Shown: piece by piece, positions 41,236 through 51,048 of the stretch
Layout of the letters: the number at the start of each line of letters is the position of its first letter
Numbering within the stretch: position 1 is the stretch's first letter
Assembly: GCA_015065285.1 (NCBI GenBank)
Contig: SVQP01000004.1
Span: forward strand, 18,849-82,848
DNA from: Oscillospiraceae bacterium
GTDB taxonomy: Bacteria; Bacillota; Clostridia; Oscillospirales; CAG-272
DNA length: 64,000 bases
Reading direction: 5' to 3'
Program-made: the position numbers and the translations under genes
Notes under the pieces: model-generated
The model's input: only the letters and a program-made list of their open reading frames with translations
What the model was told of the DNA's origin: nothing
The model's database searches: none

Positions 41236-42939
41236 ATGATGATGAAGTGCTTTACACGCAACACAAAGCTTGCTTGCCTGATCGCCTCTCTGCTGCTCTG
41301 CCTGCCTCTGCTGGCAGCCTGCAACAACGGTGACGTTCCCGAGGACACCACGCAAGCAACCACACAAGCTGCTACACAAGAACCCGAGGAGCAAGAGACT
41401 ACCGAGCCCCCCGAGGAGCTGACCACCGAGCAGCCCGCTACCGAAGAGACTACCGAGCAGCCTACCACCGAAGAGACCACCGAGGCGCCCGAGCCCGAGC
41501 TTCTGACCTCGCTTTCCTTCTCTTCTCTGCCTGCCGACATCGAGCTTTCGGATTATTTCTTCATGGCAAATCATTGCAAAGCCACCCTGGAGCAGACCGA
41601 GGACGGGCAGGTACTGGCGCTGAGTACCAAGTCCATTTCCAATCCGGGTGCCAGCGATCCTTACGTGTATTTCAAGCACGCACAGCTGGTCAAGGATCTT
41701 GGCTATGAAGCAGTAAACACGCGCGAATACCCCTATCTTGTACTGCGCGTGCGCGGTGCAGGCTTGACCGGCGGTATTTTCTCGTTCTACGGCTATAGCA
41801 CCAAAACGCCCTCGGGCACCGGTGTAACCGGTCAGGTGGATTACCGCCTGCAGAAAACCGAGGATTGGCAGTACCTTTGGATCGACCTCTCCAAATACAG
41901 CAAAAACCTGCAGCTCTTCCGCTTTGACATGGAAAACATGGCAGGTGCGGACGGTGAGGTGCTGTATATTGACGAGATGACCTTCTATGCAGACAAGGAA
42001 GAATCTCTTGCCTATATGCCTGCCAAGACCTACCCCATAGCAGAGCAGACCGCGGAGAATTACACTGCCAAGATCATGTCCTTTAACGTGCAAACCGAAA
42101 ACGGCACACAGGTGCGCGCTGACATTCGTGCCGATATGCTGCGCGATCTTTTGGACGAATACATGCCCGACTCGATCGGCATGCAGGAGGTCACTACGCT
42201 CTGGCGCGGCATGATGGATAACTTTATTTTCAATAAGAGCTACGCAAGCGTGGGCGATCCCCGTACGCCCGGCGGTGAAGCCAATCCCATTTACTACCGC
42301 ACAGATAAATTTGAGCTTGTGGACAGCGGCACCTTCTGGCTTTCCGATACCCCTGAGGTTGAGGGCTCTTATCTGGAGGGCTGTCTGTACCCCCGTATTT
42401 GCACCTGGGCGCATCTGCGTGACCGCGCGACCGGTAAGGAATTCGTGCATCTCAACACGCACCTGGATCACCTTGGCGGCAGCGATGGCAGAACCCTGCG
42501 CAAGAAGCAGTTCACGGTCATTCTCAATTTCATGGAGCGCTTTGGGGATATTCCCATGGTAGTGACAGGCGACCTCAACCAGGCAGCGATCAACTCCGAG
42601 AACAAGCAATACGCGGTATACAAGACCATGGTGGGCGTCAGTGCCTACAAAACGCTGGAGGATGGCACAAAGCTGTTCTCCCCCCTCTCCAATGCACGCT
42701 ACGACGCTGCTGACAACATGCCCGAGGGCGTTAGCGCCACCATGACGCAGTATTATGATGAAGCAGGCACTAAGTACAACCCTGCCAAGGAGCCGATTGA
42801 CTACGTGCTTTACTCCAAGGCATCGCTGACCGCACTTTCCTATAAGATCCGTCTGTACGACCGCTGCGGCATTTACCTGTCAGACCACCTGCCCGTCATC
42901 TGCGAGATCAAATTCACCCCTGCCCCCGTAACCGAATAA
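41236..42939 (+). CDS. secreted lipoprotein with a C-terminal endonuclease/exonuclease/phosphatase (EEP) domain
   Basis: MMMKCF...LLLCLPLLAAC lipobox and a T/E/P linker. EEP motifs IMSFNVQ, GMQEV, HLNTHLDH and SDHLPV. The exact ATG (41236, 41239 or 41242) is uncertain. Confidence 0.8.
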   Translation: MMMKCFTRNTKLACLIASLLLCLPLLAACNNGDVPEDTTQATTQAATQEPEEQETTEPPEELTTEQPATEETTEQPTTEETTEAPEPELLTSLSFSSLPADIELSDYFFMANHCKATLEQTEDGQVLALSTKSISNPGASDPYVYFKHAQLVKDLGYEAVNTREYPYLVLRVRGAGLTGGIFSFYGYSTKTPSGTGVTGQVDYRLQKTEDWQYLWIDLSKYSKNLQLFRFDMENMAGADGEVLYIDEMTFYADKEESLAYMPAKTYPIAEQTAENYTAKIMSFNVQTENGTQVRADIRADMLRDLLDEYMPDSIGMQEVTTLWRGMMDNFIFNKSYASVGDPRTPGGEANPIYYRTDKFELVDSGTFWLSDTPEVEGSYLEGCLYPRICTWAHLRDRATGKEFVHLNTHLDHLGGSDGRTLRKKQFTVILNFMERFGDIPMVVTGDLNQAAINSENKQYAVYKTMVGVSAYKTLEDGTKLFSPLSNARYDAADNMPEGVSATMTQYYDEAGTKYNPAKEPIDYVLYSKASLTALSYKIRLYDRCGIYLSDHLPVICEIKFTPAPVTE

Positions 42940-42972
42940 AACCGACCGTTCACAAATATACAGAGGTGTTTT

Positions 42973-44937
42973 ATGAAAAACAGAATTTCATTATTGGCGT
43001 TTTTTCTGAGTGCTCTGCTCGTGCTGGGCGCGGCTGTCGGATGCACCGAGCAGCCCTCCACCCCCGATGACGGCACAACGACCCAAGCCACCGAAGCGCC
43101 CACTACCCAAGAGGAGACCACCGAGCAAGAAACGCCCGCAGTCCTGACTATTACAGAGGGCGAAAACGGTGCCGACGTCACAACCCCGAGCGGTCTTTGT
43201 TACACCGCAAGCGGCTACGAATCGGTCAAGGATGCAGCGTTTGACATGATTGACGGACTGGTTTTGACCTTTGGCGATGCCTTTGCAGGCAAATTCAACC
43301 GCTTTACCATCAAGTACATCGCCACCGCTCCCATGAAGATCACGCTGACATACACCGAGAACGACAAGGTCTTGGAGGATGTATTCTACCTGGATGCAGG
43401 CGAGAAGGAATTCTCGGCAGTCAACCCCAAATTCATGATGAAATCCACAGGTAAAAACGTTGAATCCATGCGCGTGGATACCTGCCAGGACACCAGTGCC
43501 GAATTTATTCTGCTGGAGATGAAAACCGAAACCATTGAAGTGCCCGCAGCGCAGCAGTTTATCTTTGGTGCGCGTTACACCCTGGGCATTGATTTGAAGT
43601 GGGGCGGTGCCATCAACCACGTTGAGGATAAGGAATGCCCCATTGAAGGAGTTACCAACATCTGCAACAAGCACGACGAGGGCAGATTGATCCAGCAATC
43701 CTATTACGGTGTATTCTACCGCGAGAGTGAGTACAAAGAGGGTGGATACCTGGGTGTTGAGGGCGTTGCTTACAACCCCGTGCAGGGCGGTGACGCAAGC
43801 AAACGCGACAGCCGTATCATTGACTTTATTATCAAGGAAGATTACATCTATATCAAGGCGCAGCCTCTGGACTGGCCGCTGAGCAATTCCCTGACCCCCA
43901 GCTACATGGAAAACGAATACGTAGTCAAGGATGATTACATTCAGGTATTCAACCGCTTTACCGACTATTCCGGTTGGACGCATCCCACGCTTGATCAGGA
44001 GCTGCCTGCCGTTTACACCGTTAACACGCTTGATACCTTTGTCTGGTATGACGGTAACAAGCCTTGGACGGGCGGTGAACTGAACTACATTAACGACTGG
44101 AGCAAGATTGATCCCGCCACCAACAAATCCAGCCACTACTGCGTCTTGTCCGAGCCCAACACCGAAACCTGGTGCGCACTCATTGATTCCGAAACGCAAT
44201 ACGGTCTTGGCATTTACGTGCCCAACACGGATAAGATTCTGACCATGCGCTACCTCTCCGATCAGAAGGGCGATACCTCCGATAAGGGTAACCCCTGCAG
44301 CTACATGTGCCCCATCGACATGATTGCCATCGTTTCCTATAAGCCGATTGAATACAGCTATATCATGGCTGCAGGAAACGTGGAGCAGATCCGCGAGGTA
44401 TTTTCACAAAACCGTGACTTTAGCGCCAACGAGGGACTTAACGTCAAGCGTCCCTCGCGTACTCCCTACAAAGAGGAGATCACCAACGTAGCAATTGAGT
44501 TTTCCACCGAGGAAAGTCTGGGCGCGATCTTCTACCCCCGCAACACCGACTATGCCTTTGACAGTGCAGAAAAAGCACTCACGCTTCAGGCTACGGATGC
44601 AGACCCCAACGTCACCTTTGTTTTTGATTACGGTGAACAGCAGATTTTCGCAGAAAACTTGGGCATGGTCGAAATCGTTTACATGCTCCCCACCACAAAT
44701 GCAGCCGAATCGTATGAAGCTCAGCTCTTCCTTTGCAGCGGAAGCATCTCTGCCCCTGCAGCCGAAGCCGCAGTAACCGCGACACTGATCGCAGACGGCC
44801 AGTATCACACCCTGCAGATCCCGCTTAAGGATCTCAGCTTCTGGAAAGGTCAGATCCACATGATCAGATTTGACTATTTCTCTGTTCCGACCGCCGGCGA
44901 CACGATGTTTGTAAAATCGTTCAGATTGGGCAACTGA
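42973..44937 (+). CDS. secreted lipoprotein, hypothetical (possible polysaccharide-active enzyme)
   Basis: Signal peptide plus lipobox (LGAAVGC), a T/E/Q linker, and a 600-aa globular region with no motif I can name. Confidence 0.65.
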   Translation: MKNRISLLAFFLSALLVLGAAVGCTEQPSTPDDGTTTQATEAPTTQEETTEQETPAVLTITEGENGADVTTPSGLCYTASGYESVKDAAFDMIDGLVLTFGDAFAGKFNRFTIKYIATAPMKITLTYTENDKVLEDVFYLDAGEKEFSAVNPKFMMKSTGKNVESMRVDTCQDTSAEFILLEMKTETIEVPAAQQFIFGARYTLGIDLKWGGAINHVEDKECPIEGVTNICNKHDEGRLIQQSYYGVFYRESEYKEGGYLGVEGVAYNPVQGGDASKRDSRIIDFIIKEDYIYIKAQPLDWPLSNSLTPSYMENEYVVKDDYIQVFNRFTDYSGWTHPTLDQELPAVYTVNTLDTFVWYDGNKPWTGGELNYINDWSKIDPATNKSSHYCVLSEPNTETWCALIDSETQYGLGIYVPNTDKILTMRYLSDQKGDTSDKGNPCSYMCPIDMIAIVSYKPIEYSYIMAAGNVEQIREVFSQNRDFSANEGLNVKRPSRTPYKEEITNVAIEFSTEESLGAIFYPRNTDYAFDSAEKALTLQATDADPNVTFVFDYGEQQIFAENLGMVEIVYMLPTTNAAESYEAQLFLCSGSISAPAAEAAVTATLIADGQYHTLQIPLKDLSFWKGQIHMIRFDYFSVPTAGDTMFVKSFRLGN

Positions 44938-44972
44938 TCAGCCCTTGCTGCGCAACAGCATCCATAAATGCA

Positions 44973-45012
44973 AAAAAAATCGTCAGAGGGATTGCCCCTC
45001 TGACGATTTTTT
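44973..45012. terminator. rho-independent terminator after the 42973 gene
   Basis: AAAAAATCGTCAGAGGG...CCCTCTGACGATTTTTT. Confidence 0.75.
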
Positions 45013-45025
45013 GCTATAATATGGG

Positions 45026-45072
45026 TAGCCGAACGGGAGTCGAACCGAATTGGTTCGGCTCCCGTTCGGCTA
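45026..45072 (+). promoter_or_regulatory. long (about 21-bp stem) hairpin in the probable 5' leader of the MATE gene
   Basis: TAGCCGAACGGGAG-T-CGAACC-GAAT-TGGTTCG-G-CTCCCGTTCGGCTA. A TATAAT at 45015-45020 lies just upstream. Confidence 0.4.
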
Positions 45073-45100
45073 ATCATTATTTCTGCGTAAAGGTGCAATC

Positions 45101-46462
45101 ATGCAAAACAACAAGGATTTCTTAGGAACTGCCCCTATAGGGCGGTTGCTCTTTAAGCTGGCTCTGCCCACCGTGGTGGCACAGCTGGTCAATATGCTCT
45201 ACAATATCGTGGACCGCATTTATATCGGTCACATTGAAGAATACGGTGACCTTGCATTGACGGGTGTGGGCGTCTGTATGCCTATTATCATGATCGTATC
45301 CGCCTTTGCCGCCTTGGTTGGCTCGGGCGGTGCCCCGCGTGCTTCCATTTCCATGGGGAAAAAGGACTATGAAACTGCCGAGCGTATTTTGGGCGGCTGC
45401 TTTGGACTGCAGCTCATCCTATCCGTGCTTTTGACCGTTGCGCTGCTGCTTTGGAACAAGCCCTTACTTTTAGCCTTCGGTGCAAGTGAAAACACCATTA
45501 CTTACGCCACGCAATATATGAGCGTCTACGCGCTTGGCACCATTTTCGTGCAGTTGACGCTAGGCATGAATGCGTTTATCTCAGCGCAGGGCTTTACCAA
45601 GGTTTCCATGCTTTCGGTTGTCATTGGTGCTATATGCAACATTGTGCTTGACCCGATTCTGATTTACGGTTTTGGGCTTGGAGTGCGCGGTGCCGCAATT
45701 GCCACGGTCATCTCGCAGGCTGCCTCCACGCTTTGGATTCTGCTGTTTTTGTTCGGCAAAAAAACCAACCTGCGCCTGCGCCCCCGCTTCATGCTGCCCG
45801 TGCCGCGCGTGGTTTTACCCTGCCTTGCACTTGGCTCTGCCACCTTTGTCATGCAGGCAAGCGAGAGCGTGATCTCAGTCTGCTTTAACTCCTCGCTTTT
45901 AGGCTATGGCGGTGACGTAGCAGTAGGTGCTATGACCATTCTGACAAGCGTGATGCAGTTTGCCATGCTGCCCATGCAGGGCATCGCACAAGGTGCGCAA
46001 CCGATTTTAAGCTACAATTACGGAGCGCGCCGCGCGCCGCGCGTGAAAAAGACCTACAAGCTCTTGCTTTTGACCTGTCTTGGCTATTCGGTCACAATGT
46101 GGCTGTTGGTCATGCTCTTCCCTCAAATTTTCGTAGGTATGTTCACAAGCAAGTCTGAGCTTGCCATATTTGCCACCAATGCCCTGCGCGTGTATTACGC
46201 CGGCATGGTGCTGTTCGGCATTCAGATCGCCTGCCAGATGACCTTTGTTTCTCTTGGCAACGCGCCCTGCTCGGTCATTGTTGCGGTGGTACGCAAATTC
46301 GTGCTTCTGCTCCCCTTGATCTATATCGTCCCCCTTGTTTACAAGCAAGACCCCACCATGGGCGTTTACCTTGCAGAACCGATTGCCGACGTGCTGGCGG
46401 TCACGTTTACCGTGATTTTGTTTATCTTCCAGTTCAAAAAGGCAATGAAACAGATTGAGTAA
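45101..46462 (+). CDS. MATE family efflux transporter
   Basis: 453 aa, 12 TM segments. N-terminal PIGRLLFKLALPTVVAQLVNMLYNIVDRIYIGH is the MATE signature. Confidence 0.9.
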   Translation: MQNNKDFLGTAPIGRLLFKLALPTVVAQLVNMLYNIVDRIYIGHIEEYGDLALTGVGVCMPIIMIVSAFAALVGSGGAPRASISMGKKDYETAERILGGCFGLQLILSVLLTVALLLWNKPLLLAFGASENTITYATQYMSVYALGTIFVQLTLGMNAFISAQGFTKVSMLSVVIGAICNIVLDPILIYGFGLGVRGAAIATVISQAASTLWILLFLFGKKTNLRLRPRFMLPVPRVVLPCLALGSATFVMQASESVISVCFNSSLLGYGGDVAVGAMTILTSVMQFAMLPMQGIAQGAQPILSYNYGARRAPRVKKTYKLLLLTCLGYSVTMWLLVMLFPQIFVGMFTSKSELAIFATNALRVYYAGMVLFGIQIACQMTFVSLGNAPCSVIVAVVRKFVLLLPLIYIVPLVYKQDPTMGVYLAEPIADVLAVTFTVILFIFQFKKAMKQIE

Positions 46463-46480
46463 GCTGCCCCAAAACAATCA

Positions 46481-46515
46481 AAAAAGGACGGATGTCAAAA
46501 ATCCGTCCTTTTCTT
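46481..46515. terminator. bidirectional rho-independent terminator
   Basis: AAAAGGACGGAT-GTCAAAA-ATCCGTCCTTTT between convergent genes. Confidence 0.7.
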
Positions 46516-46517
46516 GT

Positions 46518-48482
46518 TTAAAGCTCAATGCGCAGCTCGCTATTCGCGGGAATCTCATAGGTCTTACCGCCCAGCATCAGGCAGCCGCCTGCGCGTGTTG
46601 CGGATACGGTGCAGGTGTGCGCGTCCATGCAAACGTGCACGCTGTGCCCCTCGGGCAGCGGTACGGTACCGTCAATGCGGCGGTAGAGTCCGCGATCCGG
46701 CTGCACTGCAAAGGTTTTGTATGCTACGTCCGTAGGATATACGCCAAGGCAATATCTGCCCAAAAGGTAGATGGGTCCGCCGCCCCACGCGTGGCAGAGC
46801 GAGCAGCCGTACTTCATGCCGTACATGCCATAGTGCTCAATTCCCTTTTGCTCGGGCAAATACTGCTCCCAGATCGAGGTTGCGCCAAGCGCCACCATGC
46901 CGCCCCAGTAGGATTCGATCTTTTTCTGCGCGGTTTTGAGTCTGCCCATCATGCACAGTGCGTTGAGCTCAAAGAATTCGAAATAGGGCGTGGTGATCTG
47001 ATTGATGGCATCGTTTTCAAGCACGCAGCGCACGATTTTCTGCGCGCGTCTGTGCGACACAAAGCCATACATGATAGCAAACACGTTGGCATGGCGCGTG
47101 ACGTTCTCGCGCCCTGTGGTATAGCAATCCACAAATGCACCGCGATCCTCGCGCCAGAAGTCTTTGAAAATGCGCTTTTGCAGCGCGTTTGCCGCTGCTT
47201 TATATGCAGAGCCGTCCTTGCCGACCAAAGCGCACAGCTCCGCCATGCACTTATGGCACTGCCAAAGCAGGATCTGCTCCGCGCACAGCACGCCGCCCTT
47301 ATCCATATCCGACCAGTCGATAAAGATCCAGTCACCGTCACGGTAGCAAACGTAGCCGTTCTCGTCAAGACGACCCACGATAAAATCGTAAAGCGCTTGC
47401 AGACGGTCAAAATACAGAGAAATAAACTGCGCATCCCCCGTGGCATAATAATATTCATAGGCACCGATGATCAGGTACGAGGAATAATCGTTGATCGAGT
47501 TGATATGCTGCTCGTAAGGCGGCTTGCCCAACAGCGCCACGATGGTGCGCTTAGTGATCTCGGGATCAAAATACAGATAGCGATTTGCCATATAGGACTG
47601 ATATGCGTCGCCCGACCAGCACCAGCGGTCACGCTTGATGCCATCCAGGAAAAACTCACGCGAATTCAGATGCAGCGTGTATGCGCAAATATCCCAGATC
47701 TTGTTGACGTTTTTGCGGTTGCAGGAGAAGGTTGCCACGTCGGCAATCGGCAGATACTCATAATCTGCCCACACCTTCAAGTCCTTGCTGCCCTGCACGC
47801 AGGCATAGCGGAAGGCTCTGCCCGTCAGGCGATACTGCTGCTTGCCGCTCACGCTCTGTCTGATCAACGCTTGATCGGGATCCAGCGCCTCCTCGCGCGA
47901 TTCTCCGTAGGTCACGCGCAGAACGTCTGTCTCGCAAGCACCCTCTATGCAAAGATATGCATAGGTCTCGCGCCCGAAATCGTACAGCATGCCCTGCTCG
48001 GTAGCAGTGACCTTCACCGGATCAATGCGCTCATAGGAGAACGGGAACACCTCGGGATTATCCTCGGGCGAGGTAAAGGCGGGAGTGCAGCCGGCGGGCA
48101 CGCGATGGGTGACGATCATGTGATCGGCAATCCAGCTCTCGTCGGTTTTGAGATACTTGCTGTCCACGTAAAGACTGGGCAGCCCGCTTGTATCAAGCAT
48201 GACGACCATGATGTTGTGATCCCCTGCCCCGATCTCCAGATCGGTGTTAACGGGCAGGCGGCGATCATCCACCATCACGTATGCCTTGGCACGCGTAACA
48301 AAGCGCACGGTATCCGACTCGTCTGCATGATAGCTCTTGAAAAAGCGCACGTTCGGATACGGGGTTGAAAGCTTCCAGAACGTGGGATATTCGCAGCCGA
48401 ATTCCTCACGGCGTGCGTGCAGCAGAATGCTGTGATATAATTCAAAATCTCCGGGATACCAGATCCATTTTGCCTGATTCAT
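46518..48482 (-). CDS. six-hairpin glycoside hydrolase, alpha-L-rhamnosidase (GH78)-like
   Basis: 654 aa. N-terminal AKWIWYPGDFE, and WCWSGDAYQ...GATSIWEQY...CHAWGGGPIYLL resemble the rhamnosidase (alpha/alpha)6 catalytic domain. RBS GGAGG. Confidence 0.6.
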   Translation of the reverse strand: MNQAKWIWYPGDFELYHSILLHARREEFGCEYPTFWKLSTPYPNVRFFKSYHADESDTVRFVTRAKAYVMVDDRRLPVNTDLEIGAGDHNIMVVMLDTSGLPSLYVDSKYLKTDESWIADHMIVTHRVPAGCTPAFTSPEDNPEVFPFSYERIDPVKVTATEQGMLYDFGRETYAYLCIEGACETDVLRVTYGESREEALDPDQALIRQSVSGKQQYRLTGRAFRYACVQGSKDLKVWADYEYLPIADVATFSCNRKNVNKIWDICAYTLHLNSREFFLDGIKRDRWCWSGDAYQSYMANRYLYFDPEITKRTIVALLGKPPYEQHINSINDYSSYLIIGAYEYYYATGDAQFISLYFDRLQALYDFIVGRLDENGYVCYRDGDWIFIDWSDMDKGGVLCAEQILLWQCHKCMAELCALVGKDGSAYKAAANALQKRIFKDFWREDRGAFVDCYTTGRENVTRHANVFAIMYGFVSHRRAQKIVRCVLENDAINQITTPYFEFFELNALCMMGRLKTAQKKIESYWGGMVALGATSIWEQYLPEQKGIEHYGMYGMKYGCSLCHAWGGGPIYLLGRYCLGVYPTDVAYKTFAVQPDRGLYRRIDGTVPLPEGHSVHVCMDAHTCTVSATRAGGCLMLGGKTYEIPANSELRIEL

Positions 48483-48590
48483 AAGCGGTCCTCCGTCTTG
48501 CTTGATTTGATTTTATTGTAGCACAGAACAAAGGATTTTGCAAGACCTTTTACAAATACCCACGAACGTCAGCCAATCAATCTCTTCAAT

Positions 48591-48625
48591 GAAAAAACAG
48601 GCACAGGGATCTCTCCCCGTGCCTG
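48591..48625 (-). terminator. rho-independent terminator after the XRE gene
   Basis: CAGGCACGGGGA...TCCCTGTGCCTG on the minus strand, followed by TTTTTTC. Confidence 0.6.
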
Positions 48626-48639
48626 CCGCAAACTCCGGA

Positions 48640-48927
48640 CTAACTCTTGCTATCCAATCCCGCAAAAAAGTCGTCAAATGAGCATTGATATATCTTTTTC
48701 AATTCCAAAATCACACTGATTCTGACATTGAGCTCACCTGACTCATATTTTGCATAGGTGGTTCTTCCGATGTCACATCCTCTGCGCTGTAATTCCTCAC
48801 ACAGCTTTTCCTGCGATATATCGTGCTTGTCACGCAAGGTGCGCAGATTATCACCGATACATCTATCTCTTCTTAATTTCTGTTCCACATCAAACCTCAC
48901 AGATTTTTTGACCAGTATTGGTTGCAA
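48640..48927 (-). CDS. XRE family HTH transcriptional regulator
   Basis: IGDNLRTLRDKHDISQEKLCEELQRRGCDIGRTTYAKYESGE is a Cro/CI HTH. The true start is probably the GTG at 48888 (GAGG 6 nt upstream) rather than the TTG at 48927. Confidence 0.75.
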   Translation of the reverse strand: MQPILVKKSVRFDVEQKLRRDRCIGDNLRTLRDKHDISQEKLCEELQRRGCDIGRTTYAKYESGELNVRISVILELKKIYQCSFDDFFAGLDSKS

Positions 48928-48980
48928 CCAATATTATTTTATGATATAATCATGATAAATATTGACCGCTATACTGGTCA
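48909..48980. promoter_or_regulatory. nested palindromic operators upstream of, and overlapping, the XRE gene start
   Basis: Perfect 18-bp palindrome TATTGGTTGCAACCAATA (48916-48933), plus an outer inverted pair TGACCAGTA (48909-48917) / TACTGGTCA (48972-48980). Confidence 0.45.
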
Positions 48981-49030
48981 GTTTGTGGGGGATTGTTATG
49001 TGGTCCTTGATCCCTTTTGCAACGGCTTGA

Positions 49031-49465
49031 TTACAAAAAATCACGAACGTCAATTGCCAATTGCTCCTCCAGCTTGATCAGCTTTTTGCAGATATCCTTG
49101 CTTCTCTCATCGGCTGCCTTATATTGGTTGAGGTATTTGCTCAGCGACTTGACCCCCATATTACAGCCGTCGGTCATCAGATCGGCAACCGTGTGGTCGG
49201 ATTGGTGCATGGTCAGCTTGACGTTGGTTTTGATCCAGGACATGCCCTGCGCCATGGGAGAAGGATCCTTGCCCTCGTCGCCAAAGCGGTCCAGCTGCTC
49301 CTGCAGCTCGGCGTTGAGCTTGTCATGCTCCTCTTTACATCTGTCCAAAAGTCCGCGCAGCTGCTCGGATTTGACCGTATCCAGCACCTCCTCGATGGAT
49401 TGCACACCCATTTTAACGCCTGCGTCACATTCGCGCAGCAGCTTGATGGTATCTTGCTCTATCAT
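49031..49465 (-). CDS. hypothetical all-helical (four-helix-bundle-like) protein
   Basis: Start moved to MIEQDTIKLL (RBS AGGAGAG). Heptad-like helical composition. No motif recognised. Confidence 0.5.
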   Translation of the reverse strand: MIEQDTIKLLRECDAGVKMGVQSIEEVLDTVKSEQLRGLLDRCKEEHDKLNAELQEQLDRFGDEGKDPSPMAQGMSWIKTNVKLTMHQSDHTVADLMTDGCNMGVKSLSKYLNQYKAADERSKDICKKLIKLEEQLAIDVRDFL

Positions 49466-49598
49466 AACTCTCTCCTTTTTCATTTTTTATATTATAATAC
49501 CCCAAACATCGCGTGGCATACGCGCTTTTTTATTGACAAACCTGCCTTTGCATGGTATCATGAAATCAGAAAAAACACACCGCAAAGGAGGATATTCC

Positions 49599-51035
49599 AT
49601 GTCCGATTTTCCGAACATCATAAACGTACCGGGCGGCAAAGAGATTCAGACCATGTGCTTTATGACCGACAAAAAATTCGAGCGCAAGAATTTTGTGGAT
49701 CTGCGCCTGCTGGTGGATGACAAGACCGTGCTGCGCAACCCGCACAAGGGTTGGTTCTGGCACTACATTGACAACGGCTACGGTCGCGGCAATTACCGCG
49801 CAGCACACGACGAAAACGATGATCTTTCCGATTTTCCCGGGCTCAACCACCTCTATCTGCGCTTTGACTGGGGCGACGTGGAAAAGACTGAGGGTGTGTA
49901 CGATTTTTCGTATCTTGATGAGATCATGGACAAGTGGGGCGCACGCGGCTACCGCTTTTCCCTACGCGTTTGCACCTATGAGGGCGTTGCCGAGATGAAC
50001 TACACCACTCCTGCTTACGTATACCAAAAAGGCGCTCGCTGCTACCTTTTGGAGGGCGGCAAGATCCAGCCCGATTTCGGCGATCCCATTTTCCTTGCCT
50101 GCCTGGAGAATTTCATGCGCGCCTTTGGCGAGAAATATAACGGTGACCCCAGAATCGAGTGCATTGACATAGGCACCATAGGCACGTGGGGCGAGGGGCA
50201 CACCGTGGAGGGCGACTGTCAGATTTATCCGCTTGAGGTGGTCAAGGCGCACTTTGATCTGCACGCGCGCTACTTCCCCGATACCTTTGTGTTGTGCAAC
50301 GATGACCACATAGCGGGTCGCTTTGCCAAAGGACAAGCAGAGGTGCAAGAGATTCTGGACTATGCCGCAGCGTGCGGCTTTGGTGTGCAGGATGATTCGA
50401 TCTGCTGCGATTACTATTACCAGATGAATAATTACGACACCATGCGCGCCCCTTGGGCATTTGACCGCTTAGCATCCTGTGCGCCCACTGCCATTGAAAT
50501 GGCGCATTATACCTATATCAAGCCGCAATACGAATCCTATTTCCGTGACGGCTTGACCGCTATGGAATCCTTCAAGCGAGCGCATGCCACCTTTGCAGGC
50601 TTTCACGGCTACCCCCGCAAGTGGCTGGCAAACGAATACTACCTGACAGAGTATTGCGCCAACCGCCTGGGATACTGGTATTTCATCACAGGCGTGGTGA
50701 TCCCCGAGCTGACCAACACCGCCTACAACACCATTGAGCTTGACGTGGAAAACCGCGGCTGGGCGCATGCATATCACAAATATGAGCTGAAGCTGCAGCT
50801 AATTGGTGAGAATGGCAGCTACACCATCCCCTTGGATTGCGACAACCGCACATGGGAGCCCGAATCTCCCGTCACGCTTGCGCTGCGCGTGGATGCGCGC
50901 GGCATTCCCGAGGGCGACTATGACGTTTGCATTGGCATGTTTGAGGGAGAAACCCCAATCAAGCTTGCCATCAAGCAAGAGGCTTTGCACGACAACTTTT
51001 ACAAGATCGCGCGCACGCACGTGCGCGGTATATAA
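49599..51035 (+). CDS. DUF4832-like putative glycoside hydrolase, paralog 1
   Basis: ATG at 49599 after AAAGGAGG. NPHKGWFWHYIDNGYGRGNYR...GLNHLYLRFDWGDVEKTEGVYDFSYLDEIM...GTWGEGHT. The family name is from memory. The upstream part of the 49017 ORF is antisense to the 49031 gene. Confidence 0.65.
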   Translation: MSDFPNIINVPGGKEIQTMCFMTDKKFERKNFVDLRLLVDDKTVLRNPHKGWFWHYIDNGYGRGNYRAAHDENDDLSDFPGLNHLYLRFDWGDVEKTEGVYDFSYLDEIMDKWGARGYRFSLRVCTYEGVAEMNYTTPAYVYQKGARCYLLEGGKIQPDFGDPIFLACLENFMRAFGEKYNGDPRIECIDIGTIGTWGEGHTVEGDCQIYPLEVVKAHFDLHARYFPDTFVLCNDDHIAGRFAKGQAEVQEILDYAAACGFGVQDDSICCDYYYQMNNYDTMRAPWAFDRLASCAPTAIEMAHYTYIKPQYESYFRDGLTAMESFKRAHATFAGFHGYPRKWLANEYYLTEYCANRLGYWYFITGVVIPELTNTAYNTIELDVENRGWAHAYHKYELKLQLIGENGSYTIPLDCDNRTWEPESPVTLALRVDARGIPEGDYDVCIGMFEGETPIKLAIKQEALHDNFYKIARTHVRGI

Positions 51036-51048
51036 AAGGAGGCTCGCA

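Noticed and set aside
45026-45072. T-arm-like sequence (GGTTCGGCTCCC) suggested a tRNA or tRNA fragment
   Set aside because: The segment is a simple long hairpin. No acceptor, D or anticodon arms can be drawn on either strand.
49017-49598. N-terminal 194 codons of the 672-aa ORF (and likewise 50803..51048 of the 565-aa ORF)
   Set aside because: - The 49017-49598 part is antisense to the 49031..49465 gene.
- The 50803-51048 part overlaps the end of paralog 1.
- Both real genes start at ATGs with AAAGGAGG sites (49599 and 51049), where the two paralogs begin to align.
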